Assembly (NCBI GenBank): GCA_963805945.1
Contig: CAWDVP010000002.1
Coordinates: 448,001-512,000 of the forward strand
Reading direction: 5' to 3'
From: Vulcanimicrobiota bacterium
GTDB lineage: Bacteria; Vulcanimicrobiota; Vulcanimicrobiia; Eremiobacterales; Eremiobacteraceae
Length of the DNA stretch: 64,000 nucleotides
Positions 9,418 through 21,916 of the stretch are shown here, in pieces (position 1 is the first letter of the stretch; each line of letters opens with the position of its first letter). A program made the translations under genes and the position numbers. Under the pieces are notes generated by a model that worked only from the letters and a program-made list of their open reading frames with translations, was not told the origin of the DNA and searched no databases.

Positions 9418-10169
9418 GACGCTCCCCGTTCGCGCCCTGGCGCATGGCGTCCGCCCTGCTCGCGGCGGCGCTGTTGGCCTCGTGCGGGCGCGGCCCGTTG
9501 ACCCCGCCGCCCATCACCACGGGCGGCACCATCCAGCTGCAGCTGTACGTCGCCGGCAACATCGTACCGGCGCAAGGCGACTACATCATCGCCGTCAACG
9601 CCGTGACCGCGTCCGGCGGCTCTGTCAATCCCGGCGAGAACGCGGGCATGCCCACCGTCGCGGAAGCGCAATCCGGTTCGTTCACGCACTGGGATCAAGA
9701 GTTCGTGTACGGCTTCGACACCACGACCGCGCCCAACGGCTTCAACTACAACTACAAGGTCGTCGGCGGCGGCGGCGTGGCGGTGTTCGTGCCCATCATC
9801 CTCACCTCGAACCAGTTCATCTTCATCCCCAGCCTGTCGGCGGGCACCGGCAGCAACAACGCGCTCTCGATCACGCTGCCGCTCTCGTCGCTGTCCATCC
9901 GCGCCAACCCGAACGGCACGAGCCCGGCCACCGTGACGACGCCGCCGGCGGTCATGCTGCACGTCAACTACATCACGCTCGATACGAGCCATGCGCCGCA
10001 GGATCAATTGGGCTGCTGCAGCCTGCTCACGAGCGGGTTCGATCTGCAGATCGACCTGACGAAGTCGAACACCTATTTCAGCCAGCTCACGACGCCGCCG
10101 ACCAAGCAAGGCCCGTCCAACCCGAACCTGTTCATCACCGGCGGCCAGATCATCGTCACACCGCCCTGA
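9399..10169 (+). CDS. Hypothetical lipoprotein
   Basis: Lipobox ALLASC; Thr/Gly/Asn-rich beta-type sequence with host-like codon usage; start may be 9444. Confidence 0.7.
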   Translation: MDLTDSRRSPFAPWRMASALLAAALLASCGRGPLTPPPITTGGTIQLQLYVAGNIVPAQGDYIIAVNAVTASGGSVNPGENAGMPTVAEAQSGSFTHWDQEFVYGFDTTTAPNGFNYNYKVVGGGGVAVFVPIILTSNQFIFIPSLSAGTGSNNALSITLPLSSLSIRANPNGTSPATVTTPPAVMLHVNYITLDTSHAPQDQLGCCSLLTSGFDLQIDLTKSNTYFSQLTTPPTKQGPSNPNLFITGGQIIVTPP

Positions 10170-12506
10170 TCACGGGTTGCCGAAGCTCTGCGGCAGCAGC
10201 GATGAGCCCGTCAGGCCGAAGTTGATCGCCTGTGTCGGGAACGCGAGCAGGTTCACCGAGATGTCGAGCTCGTGCAGCGCCTGGCGATAGGCGAGGCGGA
10301 TCTGGTAGCAATCGTTGACGGTATGGGTGAGGAAGTAGTTCTGCCCTTCTAGACCGTGCAGCTTGAAATCGTAATTGCCGAGGAACTGCAGGTAATCGTT
10401 GCGCCCGAGCGGCGTCGACATCGTGATGTTCAAGGGACCGTAGCCGCCGCCGTGCGGGTCGTATGAATCGCCGAGCAGCACGCTCGAATAGACGGTCGGC
10501 AGCACGCTGAGCTGGTAGTTGATCGAGCCCAGGTACTTGTTCTTGAAATCGTAGTTGGTGCTGGCGGTGAAGCGATAGGCGCTGCCGTTGTACACGTTGA
10601 GCACGTCGTTGATCTGGTCGAAGCCGGAGAGCAGATCGAAAGAGCGCATCGGGGTGTAGCCGCGCACGCTCTGGTCCTGATAGGCGAGCGTGTTGTCGGC
10701 GTGCCGGCCGAAGAACTTCTGCAGCGAGAGCTGCTCGGTGATCGCGCCGCGCTCGTCGCCCGTGCCGTAGAGATCCTGGCGCACGCCGGCCTGGACGTTG
10801 AACGTCGCGCTGTCGCCGATGCGATAGATGGCGCTGCCCAGCTGACCGTTGATCTCGTGCCGCGACGTGGTGACGTTGTCGTACTGGTCGTCGTAGACGC
10901 CGTCGATGAGCGTGAACTGCACCGGCATGCGGATGTTGGTGATGTTGAACGGCCGGCTGCGGATCGTCAGCTCGGGCACGCGCTGCAGGCCGACGACAGG
11001 ATTGGTGAGGGTCTGCGACGGCCCGGTGATCGTGGTCTGCCCGTGATTGGTCGAGACGACGAGATCGGCGTCGAACGCGCGCGCCGAGTAGCGCGTGTCG
11101 TTCGAGAACAGGATCGAACGGGCGAAGGTCGAGGACTGCAGCAGCGTGCCCTCCGCGGAGACCACCTGCGCCCACTGCAGCTGGAGCGAGACGTTCTCGG
11201 AGAAGACCGGCGAGAACGAGATGTTGTGGTTGAGCAGCGCGCCGAACGAGCTGTTCGGTCCGGTCGTCGTCGCCGTGCCGCCGTAGCTGGTGGAGCTGCG
11301 CGCGCCGTTGTGCGTGACGTTGACGTTGGCGGACAGCGTCGGCGGGATGGACGTGAGCAGCGTCTGGCTGTTGTAGCTCGCGTTCGCGCTCAGCGTGACG
11401 TGATGCGCGAACGTGCGCTGGTAGGTGAGCGTCGAGGAGAACGAGTTCTTCAGCCCGGTCACCGATTGCTGATAACCGTTGCTGCGCAGATTGTAGACCG
11501 TCAGCTCGCCCGAGCCGAGGCCGTCACGCCGCGAGAAGTAGAAATCCGCGCCGAGCCCGATGCCCGCCTTCTGGAAATAATCGACGTGATAGGTGCCGTA
11601 GAAGTACGGGCTGCCGTAGAAATTGATGTAGTTCTTGATGAAGAAGCCGTAGATCGAGTTGTAGCCGATGCGCGGCGCGATGGCGGTCGGCCGCCGCGCG
11701 CCCTCCTGGTTGAGCGGCACGACCAAGATGCCGAGACCGGCCACGAGGTACTTGCCGAGATACAGCGCCGGGCTGTGCGCGATCATGCGATCGCTCGGGC
11801 GTATCTCGATCTCCTTGCCGGTGACGTGGTAGGCGACATGGTGCAGGTCGCAGGTGGTCACCCAGCCCTTCGTGAGCACCGCATGCCCGTTGTGATCGAT
11901 GACGATGCGCTCGCCCTTGTAGTAGAGGAAGCCGTGGATGCGCTCCGACTGGTAGGCGACCGATGAGGTCTGGCCCTCGACGCCGTCCATGATGATGCGG
12001 TCGTGCGCCACGTCGTACTCGAGCGCTTGCGCGGTGGCCGAATCGCCGTTTGCAGACAGATAATGCACGTGGCCGGCGGCGTGGACGATATGCGTCGCCG
12101 CGTCGTAATGCGCGCGATCGGCGGTGATGTTCGAGTCGCCCGACACGATGACGACGTGGCCGTCCGCGTCCATATCGCCGTTCGTCTTGCCGTAGACGCG
12201 GTCCGCGGTGATCTGGCCGAAGCCGGGCGGCGGGGTGGGCGAAGGCGCCGGCGTCGGTGTGCCCGGCGAGCCCGAAGGAACGGGGATCGGCGTCGGCGTC
12301 GCGCCGTGGTGCGTGGTCGTCGGATAGAGGCCTGCGTCGGCGTCGGCGGGCGCGTACGTCGCCGCCGGCGTCGCGGGGATCGGAGACGGTGTTTCTCCCT
12401 GCTGCGCGTCATGCGCCGCGGCTGGAACGCTTGCGAAGCAAAGAACGAAGACCGCCGCGAGAGGTGCGGCGGCGATGGTCGGGGCTTTCGCGTGCCGCAG
12501 CCGCAA
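10170..12506 (-). CDS. lptD: LptD-like LPS assembly outer membrane protein
   Basis: Signal peptide, OstA-like N-terminus (ITADRAHYD, WVTTCDLHHVAYHV), beta-barrel-like C-terminus; adjacent to lptF/G. Confidence 0.75.
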   Translation of the reverse strand: MRLRHAKAPTIAAAPLAAVFVLCFASVPAAAHDAQQGETPSPIPATPAATYAPADADAGLYPTTTHHGATPTPIPVPSGSPGTPTPAPSPTPPPGFGQITADRVYGKTNGDMDADGHVVIVSGDSNITADRAHYDAATHIVHAAGHVHYLSANGDSATAQALEYDVAHDRIIMDGVEGQTSSVAYQSERIHGFLYYKGERIVIDHNGHAVLTKGWVTTCDLHHVAYHVTGKEIEIRPSDRMIAHSPALYLGKYLVAGLGILVVPLNQEGARRPTAIAPRIGYNSIYGFFIKNYINFYGSPYFYGTYHVDYFQKAGIGLGADFYFSRRDGLGSGELTVYNLRSNGYQQSVTGLKNSFSSTLTYQRTFAHHVTLSANASYNSQTLLTSIPPTLSANVNVTHNGARSSTSYGGTATTTGPNSSFGALLNHNISFSPVFSENVSLQLQWAQVVSAEGTLLQSSTFARSILFSNDTRYSARAFDADLVVSTNHGQTTITGPSQTLTNPVVGLQRVPELTIRSRPFNITNIRMPVQFTLIDGVYDDQYDNVTTSRHEINGQLGSAIYRIGDSATFNVQAGVRQDLYGTGDERGAITEQLSLQKFFGRHADNTLAYQDQSVRGYTPMRSFDLLSGFDQINDVLNVYNGSAYRFTASTNYDFKNKYLGSINYQLSVLPTVYSSVLLGDSYDPHGGGYGPLNITMSTPLGRNDYLQFLGNYDFKLHGLEGQNYFLTHTVNDCYQIRLAYRQALHELDISVNLLAFPTQAINFGLTGSSLLPQSFGNP

Positions 12507-12512
12507 CCGGCG

Positions 12513-13742
12513 CTAGCGCTCTTCGAGCAGCAACAGGGCGAGACCGACGCCGCCCATTGCGATGTTCGGGAACCAGGCGGCGAACACCGGCGGCATCGCG
12601 CCGCTCTTGCCGAGCGCGTTGGTCGCCGCCATCAGCATCCAATACGCCAGCAGGATGATCACCGCGAAGATCGCCGCGATGCCGCGGCCGCGTCTGCCGA
12701 AACGGATGCCCATCGGCAGCGAGATGAGCACGCCGATGAGACACGCCGCCGGCATCGCGTACTTCTGCTGCAGCGACATCTCGAGCTGGGTCACGTCTTG
12801 GCCGCCGGTCTTGAGGTTCTGGATCTGCATCCGCAGCTCGCGGGCGTTCGTCTCGAAGGGGCTTTGCGGCGAATACAGCAGGCTGGTGTCGCCGAGCGGG
12901 AACTCCAGCCGGTCGAAATGCTTCACCTGCGTCACCGTGCCCTGATAGCCGGTGGTGGTGACGACGCCGTCGTAGAGCGCGAGCTTGCCGTTGAGCTGGC
13001 GGCCGCTGCGCGCGGTGAGCGTCTCGGGCCAGTAGCCGGCGCCGATGTTGAACACCTGCACGTTGTGCATCATGCCGGTGCCGGAGTCGACCGACTGGAT
13101 GTAGATGACGTGCTGCCCGTCGACCGTGCGGAAGAACTGGTACGGCTGGATGATCGCCTGCGTCGAATGGAAGGCGATCTGGCGGAACAGCTCCACCGAC
13201 TTCGTCTGCGCGTGCGGCGCGATCTGCTCGTTGATGCCGAACGCGACGAGCGTCATGAGCACGCCGAGGACGTAGCACGGCAGCGCGATCCGCTGCAGGC
13301 TGATGCCGCTCGTGCGCATCGCGGCGATCTCGTTGTCACCCGCGAGGCGGCCGATGCCGAGCAGCACGCCGAACAGGCATGAGAACGGCAGGATCAGGTA
13401 CATGAGCGCCGGCAGCTGGAGCACGAGATAGCGCGCGATCAGCACGACGGGCACGCCCTTGTTGATCACGTATTCGGCGGCGAGGAAGAGCATGTTGATC
13501 AGCATGAACAAGGTGAAGGCGGCGATCGCGAAGCCGAACGGCGCCGCGAGCTCGCTGAAGAGGTAGCGGTCGAGGATCGTCAGCTTGAAGAAGCTCGGGA
13601 GGCCGCGCTTGGGCTGCGGCTCCTGCTCGCCGTCTCCCGGGATCCACCGGAAGTCCTCGGGCGACTCCGCCGGAGGTTCGATCGAGGGGACACCGAGGGT
13701 GGTGGAACGGTGCAGCTGCCGGCCGAACGCGCCGAACATCAT
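12513..13742 (-). CDS. LptF/LptG family permease
   Basis: ILDRYLFSEL, GRLAGDNEIAAMRTSGISL, QKYAMPAACL, AAWFPNI. Confidence 0.93.
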   Translation of the reverse strand: MMFGAFGRQLHRSTTLGVPSIEPPAESPEDFRWIPGDGEQEPQPKRGLPSFFKLTILDRYLFSELAAPFGFAIAAFTLFMLINMLFLAAEYVINKGVPVVLIARYLVLQLPALMYLILPFSCLFGVLLGIGRLAGDNEIAAMRTSGISLQRIALPCYVLGVLMTLVAFGINEQIAPHAQTKSVELFRQIAFHSTQAIIQPYQFFRTVDGQHVIYIQSVDSGTGMMHNVQVFNIGAGYWPETLTARSGRQLNGKLALYDGVVTTTGYQGTVTQVKHFDRLEFPLGDTSLLYSPQSPFETNARELRMQIQNLKTGGQDVTQLEMSLQQKYAMPAACLIGVLISLPMGIRFGRRGRGIAAIFAVIILLAYWMLMAATNALGKSGAMPPVFAAWFPNIAMGGVGLALLLLEER

Positions 13743-13746
13743 CCGC

Positions 13747-14266
13747 CTACTTGTGCGCTACGGGCGCGTGGTACAGCGACAGCACGCTGTTGACGTACGC
13801 GGCGGTCTCGGCGTACGGCGGGATGCCCTTGTAACGCGCGACGGCTCCCGAACCGGCGTTGTACGCCGCGAGCGCGAGTGAGACGTCGCCGTGGTACTCG
13901 CGCAGCAGATCGCTCAGATGTTTGGCGCCGCCCGCCACGTTCTGCTGTGGATCCCACGGGTCGAGCACGCTGTAGGAGCGTGCGGTCGCCGGCATGAGCT
14001 GCATGAGCCCCATCGCGCCGGCGCTCGAGACGGCCGACGGATCGCCGGCGGACTCGACGCGGATGACGGCTGTGACGAGCCGCGGATCAACGTGATTGGC
14101 TTTGGATTGCGCGGCGACGATGGTGTCGAGCTGGCGCTGCGGCATCGAATGAGGACCCTCGCCAAAGGGAAGGAAGCCGCCGCCGCTGCAGCCCGCAAGG
14201 ACCGCGGCGAGGCTGACGAGCGCCGTGCGCCAGAATGCCCCTGAAGCGGCATCCGCCAAGACTCAT
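13747..14266 (-). CDS. Lytic transglycosylase (SLT) lipoprotein
   Basis: LAGC lipobox, AVIRVES, GAMGLMQLMPATA, ALAAYNAG; RBS-supported ATG at 14266 needs one frameshift, otherwise start 14259. Confidence 0.9.
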
Positions 14267-14362
14267 GAGCTCCCTTCGTCGTTCTCTGGCCCTGGTTTTC
14301 CACGTCCCGCGGCTCTCTACATCTATAGTATCGGCCGCAGTGCGGGTGCTCACGAAGGTCTC

Positions 14363-14388
14363 ATGGAGCGGTCGAATTCATTCGACCG
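14363..14388 (+). repeat. REP element family B
   Basis: atggag cggtcgaat tc attcgaccg. Confidence 0.8.
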
Positions 14389-14392
14389 ACGC

Positions 14393-14692
14393 TTACGCCT
14401 GCGTCCGCCGCCCCGCGATCGTCTTGTAGCAGTCCTGGCAATAGACCGGCTTGTCCGGCCGGGGCGCGAACGGCACTTGCGTCGCCACGCCGCACTGCGA
14501 GCAGATCGCGTCGTGCATCGTGCGCTCGCCGGAAGCGCCGGAGCGGTCGCGCTTGCGCGCTTGGCGGCAGGCCGGGCAACGGGTCGGCTCGTGCTCGAAG
14601 CCTCGTTGTGCGAAGAACTCTTGCTCGCCGACGGTGAACGCGAATTCGGCGCCGCAGTCGCGGCATGTCAGCGTGCGGTCTTGTAACGCCAC
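14393..14692 (-). CDS. Zinc-ribbon protein with CxxC-x17-CxxC domain
   Basis: QDRTLTCRDCGAEFAFTVGEQEFF...PTRCPACR and AICSQCG...PVYCQDCY. Confidence 0.9.
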   Translation of the reverse strand: MALQDRTLTCRDCGAEFAFTVGEQEFFAQRGFEHEPTRCPACRQARKRDRSGASGERTMHDAICSQCGVATQVPFAPRPDKPVYCQDCYKTIAGRRTQA

Positions 14693-14842
14693 TATACGCC
14701 TCGAATTCCACCATCTGGAAATACTAATGGCGCCCGAGACCATGGTGGAGATGGTCGCGCACGCGCCCCTACGCTAGCACAGGTCGCGACACAAAATCAA
14801 CCTTGCAGGCCATGGGGAAAGGCCGCGCGTAAGTCAACGACT

Positions 14843-16522
14843 ATGCGTCTTCACACATTCTCCCTCAGCGCGGCTGCCGCGCTCGCCCTGCTGTCTGCCG
14901 CACCGGCCCTCGCCGCCCCGCCGGCGGTCGGCTCGCTCGCGCCGGACTTCTCGCTTGCCACCACGACCGGCAAGGCGGTCAAGCTCTCCAGCCTGCGCGG
15001 CCACGTCGTCGTGGTGAATTTCTTCGCCACCTGGTGCCCGCCGTGCCGGGCGGAGACGCCCGATCTCATCAGCGCATCCGGGGCGTTCGCGCCGCGCGAC
15101 GTCACCTTCGTGGGCGTCGACGTCAAAGAATCGGCCCAGCTCGTCTCCGAGTTCGCCTCCGCCAAGGGCATCGGGTACACGCTCGTGCTCGACACTGACG
15201 GCAAAGTGAACGACGCGTACGACGTGCGCGCGATACCGACGACCTATGTGGTCGGCCGCGACGGCCGCATCCAATACCGCCAGGTCGACCAGCTGTCCAA
15301 CGCCGTGCTGGCAAGCGCGCTCAACTCCGTGCTCGCGGGCCGGACGCCGAACGAGTCCGCTCTCGCGCTCAAATTCGATGCCATCTCCGGCGACGCCACC
15401 GCTCAGGTCAACGCCCTGCTCGCCCAAGCCCGCACCGCGCAAGCCCGCCGCGACAAGGCGGCAGCGCTTGCGGCTGCAAGTCATGCCATCGACGCCGGCG
15501 TCGCCGCGAACAAGAAGCTTGACGATCTGCAGAGCGCCGACGATCAGGCGTCGATCAACTACTTCTCGAGCACGCGCGAGCGCGATACGCTCGGCGCGGT
15601 GCTCGCATCCGCCTATGGCCTGCGCGCGACGCTCGCGTCTAACCCGAAGACGCGCGACGCCGATCTCGAGCAAGCCGCGCTGCTGCTCGGCCAGAAGGCT
15701 GAGGACGAAGAGCGTTTTGCAGAAGCGATGGGCTACTTCAAGCAGGCGGCGCAGCTCGCGCCCAAGGACACCAAGGCGCTCGACGGCGAGTACCTCGCCG
15801 CGTACGAACTGCGAGATTATGCGACCGCGCTCGCCATCGCGCAGGCGGAGGCGCGCATCGCGCCCACCGACCCGGAGAGCTGGCTGACGCTGGCGTCGTC
15901 GTACAACTCGCTCAAGCAGTACCCCAGCGCGACCAGGGCGGAGCAGAACGCGCTGATCCTCGCCGGCGTCGATTACGGCTTGCATCCATCGAAGAAGCGC
16001 GACTCGTATGAAGTCGGCCGCGTGTATCTCAAGATGGGGCGCACCACCATTCTGGCCGGCGATGCGACCACCGCCGGTGCGTATCTGGCCAACGCCTCGA
16101 AGTACGCGCCGGGCACCATCGTCGCGCAGCAGGCGGACGAGCAGCTCGCCGCGCTCTCGCCGCAGCCGGTGTACGTCGCGGTATCGGGCGCCAGCGCGGT
16201 GTCGGCCCAGGCCTCGCAGCCGGCGAAGCTATGGGTGACGGTGCGCAATCCGGCCGCGCAGGAGCGGCTGGTGCATCTCTCGGCGGTCAACGTGCCCAAG
16301 AAGTGGGTCCTCTCGTTCTGCTACGATAAGGTCTGCGATCCGTACAAGAGCGACGTGACGATCGGTGCGAACGCGACCCGCCGCGTCGAGCTCCAGGTCG
16401 TGCCGCTCTCGCCGACCAAGGGCGCGTGGGGCATGACGCTGGCGCCGACCGGGGTCGATCAGATGGACGTCAACGTGGACGCAAAGACGGCGAAGACCAG
16501 CATCACGGTGCTCGCCTCGTAA
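14843..16522 (+). CDS. Exported TlpA/AhpC-TSA redoxin fused to TPR repeats and a C-terminal beta domain
   Basis: Signal peptide; VVVNFFATWCPPCRAETP, IPTTYVVGRDG; TPR-like helices; C-terminal FCYDKVCDP. Confidence 0.85.
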   Translation: MRLHTFSLSAAAALALLSAAPALAAPPAVGSLAPDFSLATTTGKAVKLSSLRGHVVVVNFFATWCPPCRAETPDLISASGAFAPRDVTFVGVDVKESAQLVSEFASAKGIGYTLVLDTDGKVNDAYDVRAIPTTYVVGRDGRIQYRQVDQLSNAVLASALNSVLAGRTPNESALALKFDAISGDATAQVNALLAQARTAQARRDKAAALAAASHAIDAGVAANKKLDDLQSADDQASINYFSSTRERDTLGAVLASAYGLRATLASNPKTRDADLEQAALLLGQKAEDEERFAEAMGYFKQAAQLAPKDTKALDGEYLAAYELRDYATALAIAQAEARIAPTDPESWLTLASSYNSLKQYPSATRAEQNALILAGVDYGLHPSKKRDSYEVGRVYLKMGRTTILAGDATTAGAYLANASKYAPGTIVAQQADEQLAALSPQPVYVAVSGASAVSAQASQPAKLWVTVRNPAAQERLVHLSAVNVPKKWVLSFCYDKVCDPYKSDVTIGANATRRVELQVVPLSPTKGAWGMTLAPTGVDQMDVNVDAKTAKTSITVLAS

Positions 16523-16555
16523 TCACTCCGCCGCCTCGTAATCACCTCGCCGCCG

Positions 16556-16628
16556 ATGTAGGGGCCGACCTTTAGGTCGGCCCTTCTTTCAAGGCCCTCA
16601 GGTGCGACCTGAAGGTCGCACCCTACAT
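16556..16628. repeat. REPIN: two inverted family A REPs
   Basis: atgtag gggccgacct tt aggtcggccc - 17 nt - ggtgcgacct ga aggtcgcacc ctacat. Confidence 0.88.
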
Positions 16629-16667
16629 TAAGGCGTTGGTCCCAGCCCTCAAACAGGTGTGTCCCAC

Positions 16668-16730
16668 TAGACAAACTACCGATAAGTGGAGTATAGTGGG
16701 GCAAAGTGGCTCACTGTGGGGCTTGGTGCC
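16668..16730 (+). promoter_or_regulatory. dcw promoter with MraZ-binding GTGG repeats
   Basis: GTGG at 16686, 16696, 16706, 16716 (plus GTGC at 16726), exact 10-bp period upstream of mraZ; TAGACA-18 nt-TATAGT overlaps. Confidence 0.85.
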
Positions 16731-16736
16731 TCTATT

Positions 16737-17176
16737 ATGAGTTCTCTCCCGAAATTCACGGGACAATTCGAACATTCCCTCGACGAGAAAGGTCGGCTGA
16801 CCATTCCCGCCCGCTTCCGCGCGCGTCTCGGCGACCACTTCGTCCTGACCATCGCTCCGCCCGAGCCCTGCCTTGCGATGTACCCGGACTCGGCCTGGTC
16901 CGAGTTCTGCGCCAAGCTCGAAGCCGCCCCGCGCAAGGATGCGCAGTACCGCAGCTTCGTGCGCCATCTCTTCGCGCACACCGAAGAGGTCACGCTGGAC
17001 GCAGGGACGGTTGCTCATCCCGCCCGCGCTGCGCGAGTCACGCACATCTGGAACGCGACGCGGTGCTCGTCGGCGCGCTCACGCGGATCGAACTATGGTC
17101 GTCGGCGGCCTGGCTCAAGGCGAGCGCCGCGCCGGACCACATGGCCGACCTGATGACCGAACTTGGACTCTACTAG
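16737..17176 (+). CDS. mraZ: Division/cell wall cluster repressor MraZ (apparent frameshifts)
   Basis: FTGQFEHSLDEKGRLTIPARFR; EVTLD-QGRLLIP; VLVGALTRIELW. Confidence 0.93.
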
Positions 17177-18123
17177 CCATGCGCCGGTCATGCTCGCGGA
17201 GATCATCGACGCGCTCGCTCCTGCAGCAGTGCAAAGACGGTTTCTGCAGCTGGGCAAAGTGCGGCTCCGCTCTTCGTCGACGCACGTTCGGCGCAGGCGG
17301 ACACACGCCGCGATCCTCGACTGCATCCCCCGCAGCCGCGTCATCGCGATCGACGCGGACCCGGAAGCCTATGCTCGGGCGCGTGCGCTGCGCGATGCCT
17401 ATCCCGGTCGCCTCACGCCCGTGCACGCCAATTTCTCCAGACTCGCCGATGCGCTGGAGAGCTCGCCATGCGCGACGTAGACGGCATCATGTACGACCTC
17501 GGCATGTCGTCGCTGCAGCTGGCCGACGCCGCTCGCGGCTTCGCCTTTTCCGGCACGGGCGAGCTCGACATGCGCCTCGACCCGACTTCGGACGCGGCGA
17601 GCGCCGCGCAGCTGCTCGCCACCGCGCGCGAGGGGGAGACGCGGACATCATCTGCGAATTCGGCGACGAGCGCCACGCGCGGCGCATCGCGCGTCAGATC
17701 GTCAAACGGCGCGAGCGCTCGCCGCTGCGGACCACCTCGGATCTCGTCGCGGCGGTGCTCTCGCGCCCAACGGCAAGCCGCGCGCAAGCGCCGCTCGGCG
17801 ATCCATCCGGCGACGCGCACCTTCCTGGCGCTGCGCATGGCGGTCAATTCGCGATCTCGCGCAGCCTCGAGCACAGCCTCGCAGACGCGGTGCGCTGCGT
17901 CCGGCCCGGCGGCCGCATCGTCGGTCATCAGTTTCCATTCCGGCGAGGATCGCGTCGTGAAGCATCAGTTCGCCGCATGGCGGCGCGCCGGCGAAGCCGA
18001 GGTGCTGACCCGCAAGCCCGTCTCGCCGACGCAGACCGAGGTCGCGGCCAACCTGCGCGCCCGCAGCGCCAAGCTGCGCGGTGGCGGAGCGCATCGCAGC
18101 GCCGCTGCAGGGGAGCGAACTGA
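17163..18123 (+). CDS. rsmH: 16S rRNA m4C1402 methyltransferase (apparent frameshifts)
   Basis: HAPVMLAE, TFGAGGHT, YDLGMSSLQL, LDMRLDP, IHPATRTFLALRMAVN, ISFHSGEDRVVK, RARSAKLR. Confidence 0.93.
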
Positions 18124-18124
18124 C

Positions 18125-18584
18125 ATGGCCGCCGCGCGGCATCCAAATAAGATAGAAACGACAGGTCGCCTCCGCCGGTGCCGGCGGGAGCCGCGCGCCG
18201 CGGCGCACCGGCCGCGTGGTGCGCCGCACCAACGCGCAGACCGCCCGGCTCATCGCATCGATCCGGCGCCGTCATCATGGTGCTGGCGTATGTCGGCCTG
18301 ATCGCCGGGCTCGCGCAGCAGACCTATCGCCTCGACGCCGACCAGACGCAGCAAGCATCGCTCATCCTCACCAACAACGCCCTGCATCAGCCATCGCGGC
18401 GCTGCAGTCGGTGGCGCGGCTCGAAGCCGCGGCCAAGGCGCTGCACATGACCGAGCGCGCACATCGCCGTCATCGTCTTGCCGGCGACAAGCGCCAAGCC
18501 GACGACCACGGCGCTCGGCGCCAGGCTCGCGAGGTGAAACGCTTGTTGTTCGCGCCGTTGCGCGCGCAGCGGCGACGGCCGTGA
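18125..18584 (+). CDS. ftsL: FtsL-like cell division protein (apparent frameshifts)
   Basis: Between rsmH and ftsI; TM (VIMVLAYVGLIAGL) then coiled coil ...IAALQSVARLEAAAKALHM. Confidence 0.6.
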
Positions 18585-20395
18585 AAGACAAAGAGCGCAG
18601 CCGGCTGCGCGTCCGCGCCTTCCCATCTTCTGGGCGTTCGTCTTCGTGAGCGGCTTGCTCGGCCGCCCGGCTCTACATCGTCCAGATGCGCGACGGCAAG
18701 CCTCGCCGCGCTCGCCGTCGAGCAGCAGCAAGCGACCTTTCCGATGAGCGGCCGGCGCGGCACATCGTCGACCGCTTCGGCATGGTCTTCGCGAGCACGT
18801 CGCCTCCGTGCAGGTGTTCGCGCAGCCGCCCGACGTGCGCCGACGCTCACGCCGGACGCGCTTGCGCTCGCGCCGCTGCTCGGCCGGCCGGCGCCGCTGC
18901 TGGAACGTCGAGCTGAGCGAGAAGACCACCTTCGTGTTCCTCGATCGCAAGCGTCCGCAGGCGATCGCCAAGGCCATCGATCGCCTGAAGCCTCACCGGC
19001 GTCGGCACGCGCGAAGAGCCGACTGGGCTGCGCGTGCGACCGCAGTGCCGCATCGGATCGACAGTCATGGGATTCACGGGCATCGACAATCAAGGGCTCG
19101 CCGGCATCGAGTATCAGTTCAACGATGTGCTCGGCGGGACGGCCGGGGACGCGTCACGAGGAGACGGACGCGGCCGGCGACCGATGCCGTTCGGCCGCGA
19201 GTCGTGCGGGCGGCCGCACGCCGGCACGACCGTCGTGCTGACCATCGACCGCACGCTGCAGTACGCGGCCGAAGAGATACTGAGCGCAAGACGGTGCGCG
19301 CTACCACGCGCGCGACGGCGCGAGCCGATCGTCATGCGCGCTAGCACGGGCGAGATATTGGCGCTCGCCAATTACCCCGAACTTCGATCCGAGCCGATTC
19401 GCCGCGTCGCCGGCGGACGCGTGGAAGAACCGCGCGATCACCGATCCGTACGAGCCCGGCTCCACGTTCAAGCTCATCACCGCCACCGCGGCGCTCGACT
19501 CGGGCAAAGTCACGCTCGTCGACACGTTCGCCGCGCAAGTCAACGAGATCGACGTCGGCGGCGCGTCATCCACAACGCCGATGACGGCCTCATGGCGTCG
19601 GGCCACGAGCGCGAGACGCTCGACTGACATCATCACCTATCTCGCACAACGTCGGCGCGGCGCAAGTCGCGCTGCGCGTCGGGCAAGCAGACGATGTGCG
19701 ACTACATCAATCGCTTCGGTCTCGACGAGCCGACGCGGCGTCGACCTGCCGGGCGAGAGCGCCGGCATCGTCGGAACTCGCCGGACGAATGGTGGGGGTC
19801 GCGCTCGGCCACGATCGGCGTTCGGCCAAGGCGTCTCGGTGACCGCGCTCGCGATGGCGCGCGCGTACGCCGACGATCGCCAACGGCGGCACGCTCATGC
19901 GGCCGCTCATCGTCCGCGAGCTGCGCGACGCCGGACGGCACATCATCAGACAATATCCGACCCGCAAGCCGGTGCGCCGCGTCATGTCGCCGCAGACCGC
20001 GGCGGCATTGCTCACCATCCTGCGCGACGTCGTCAAAGCGCGGCACGGGCACGAACGCGTCGCCATCCCGGGCTATGCGATCGCCGGCAAGACAGGCACG
20101 GCGCAGATGGTGATCGGCGGCGGCTACGGCCGGGCGCGTACACGCGTCGTTCATCGGCATCGTGCCCGCCGACAAGCCGCAATACGTCATCCTGGTGAAC
20201 GATCGAGCGGCCGCAGCGGCGCCTACTACGGAGGCATCGTCGCCGCGCCGGCCTTCCGCGAGCTGGCCCGGCGCGTGCTGTGGCGCGAGGGCGTCCTGCC
20301 GCAGCACAGCGCGCCGGCGGTCGAAGTCGTCGGGGGCGACCGACGGCACCTGCTCCGGCTCGCGGGACGACGCGGGAGCCGAGACGAAGCGATGA
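18581..20395 (+). CDS. ftsI: Class B penicillin-binding protein (many apparent frameshifts)
   Basis: Fragments [76 protein letters not shown]. Confidence 0.92.
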
Positions 20396-20408
20396 GAAAA
20401 CGGCTGTG

Positions 20409-21912
<1,504 letters not shown>

Positions 21913-21916
<4 letters not shown>

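Noticed and set aside
16686..16730. Novel 10-bp periodic repeat
   Set aside because: Explained as MraZ-binding boxes
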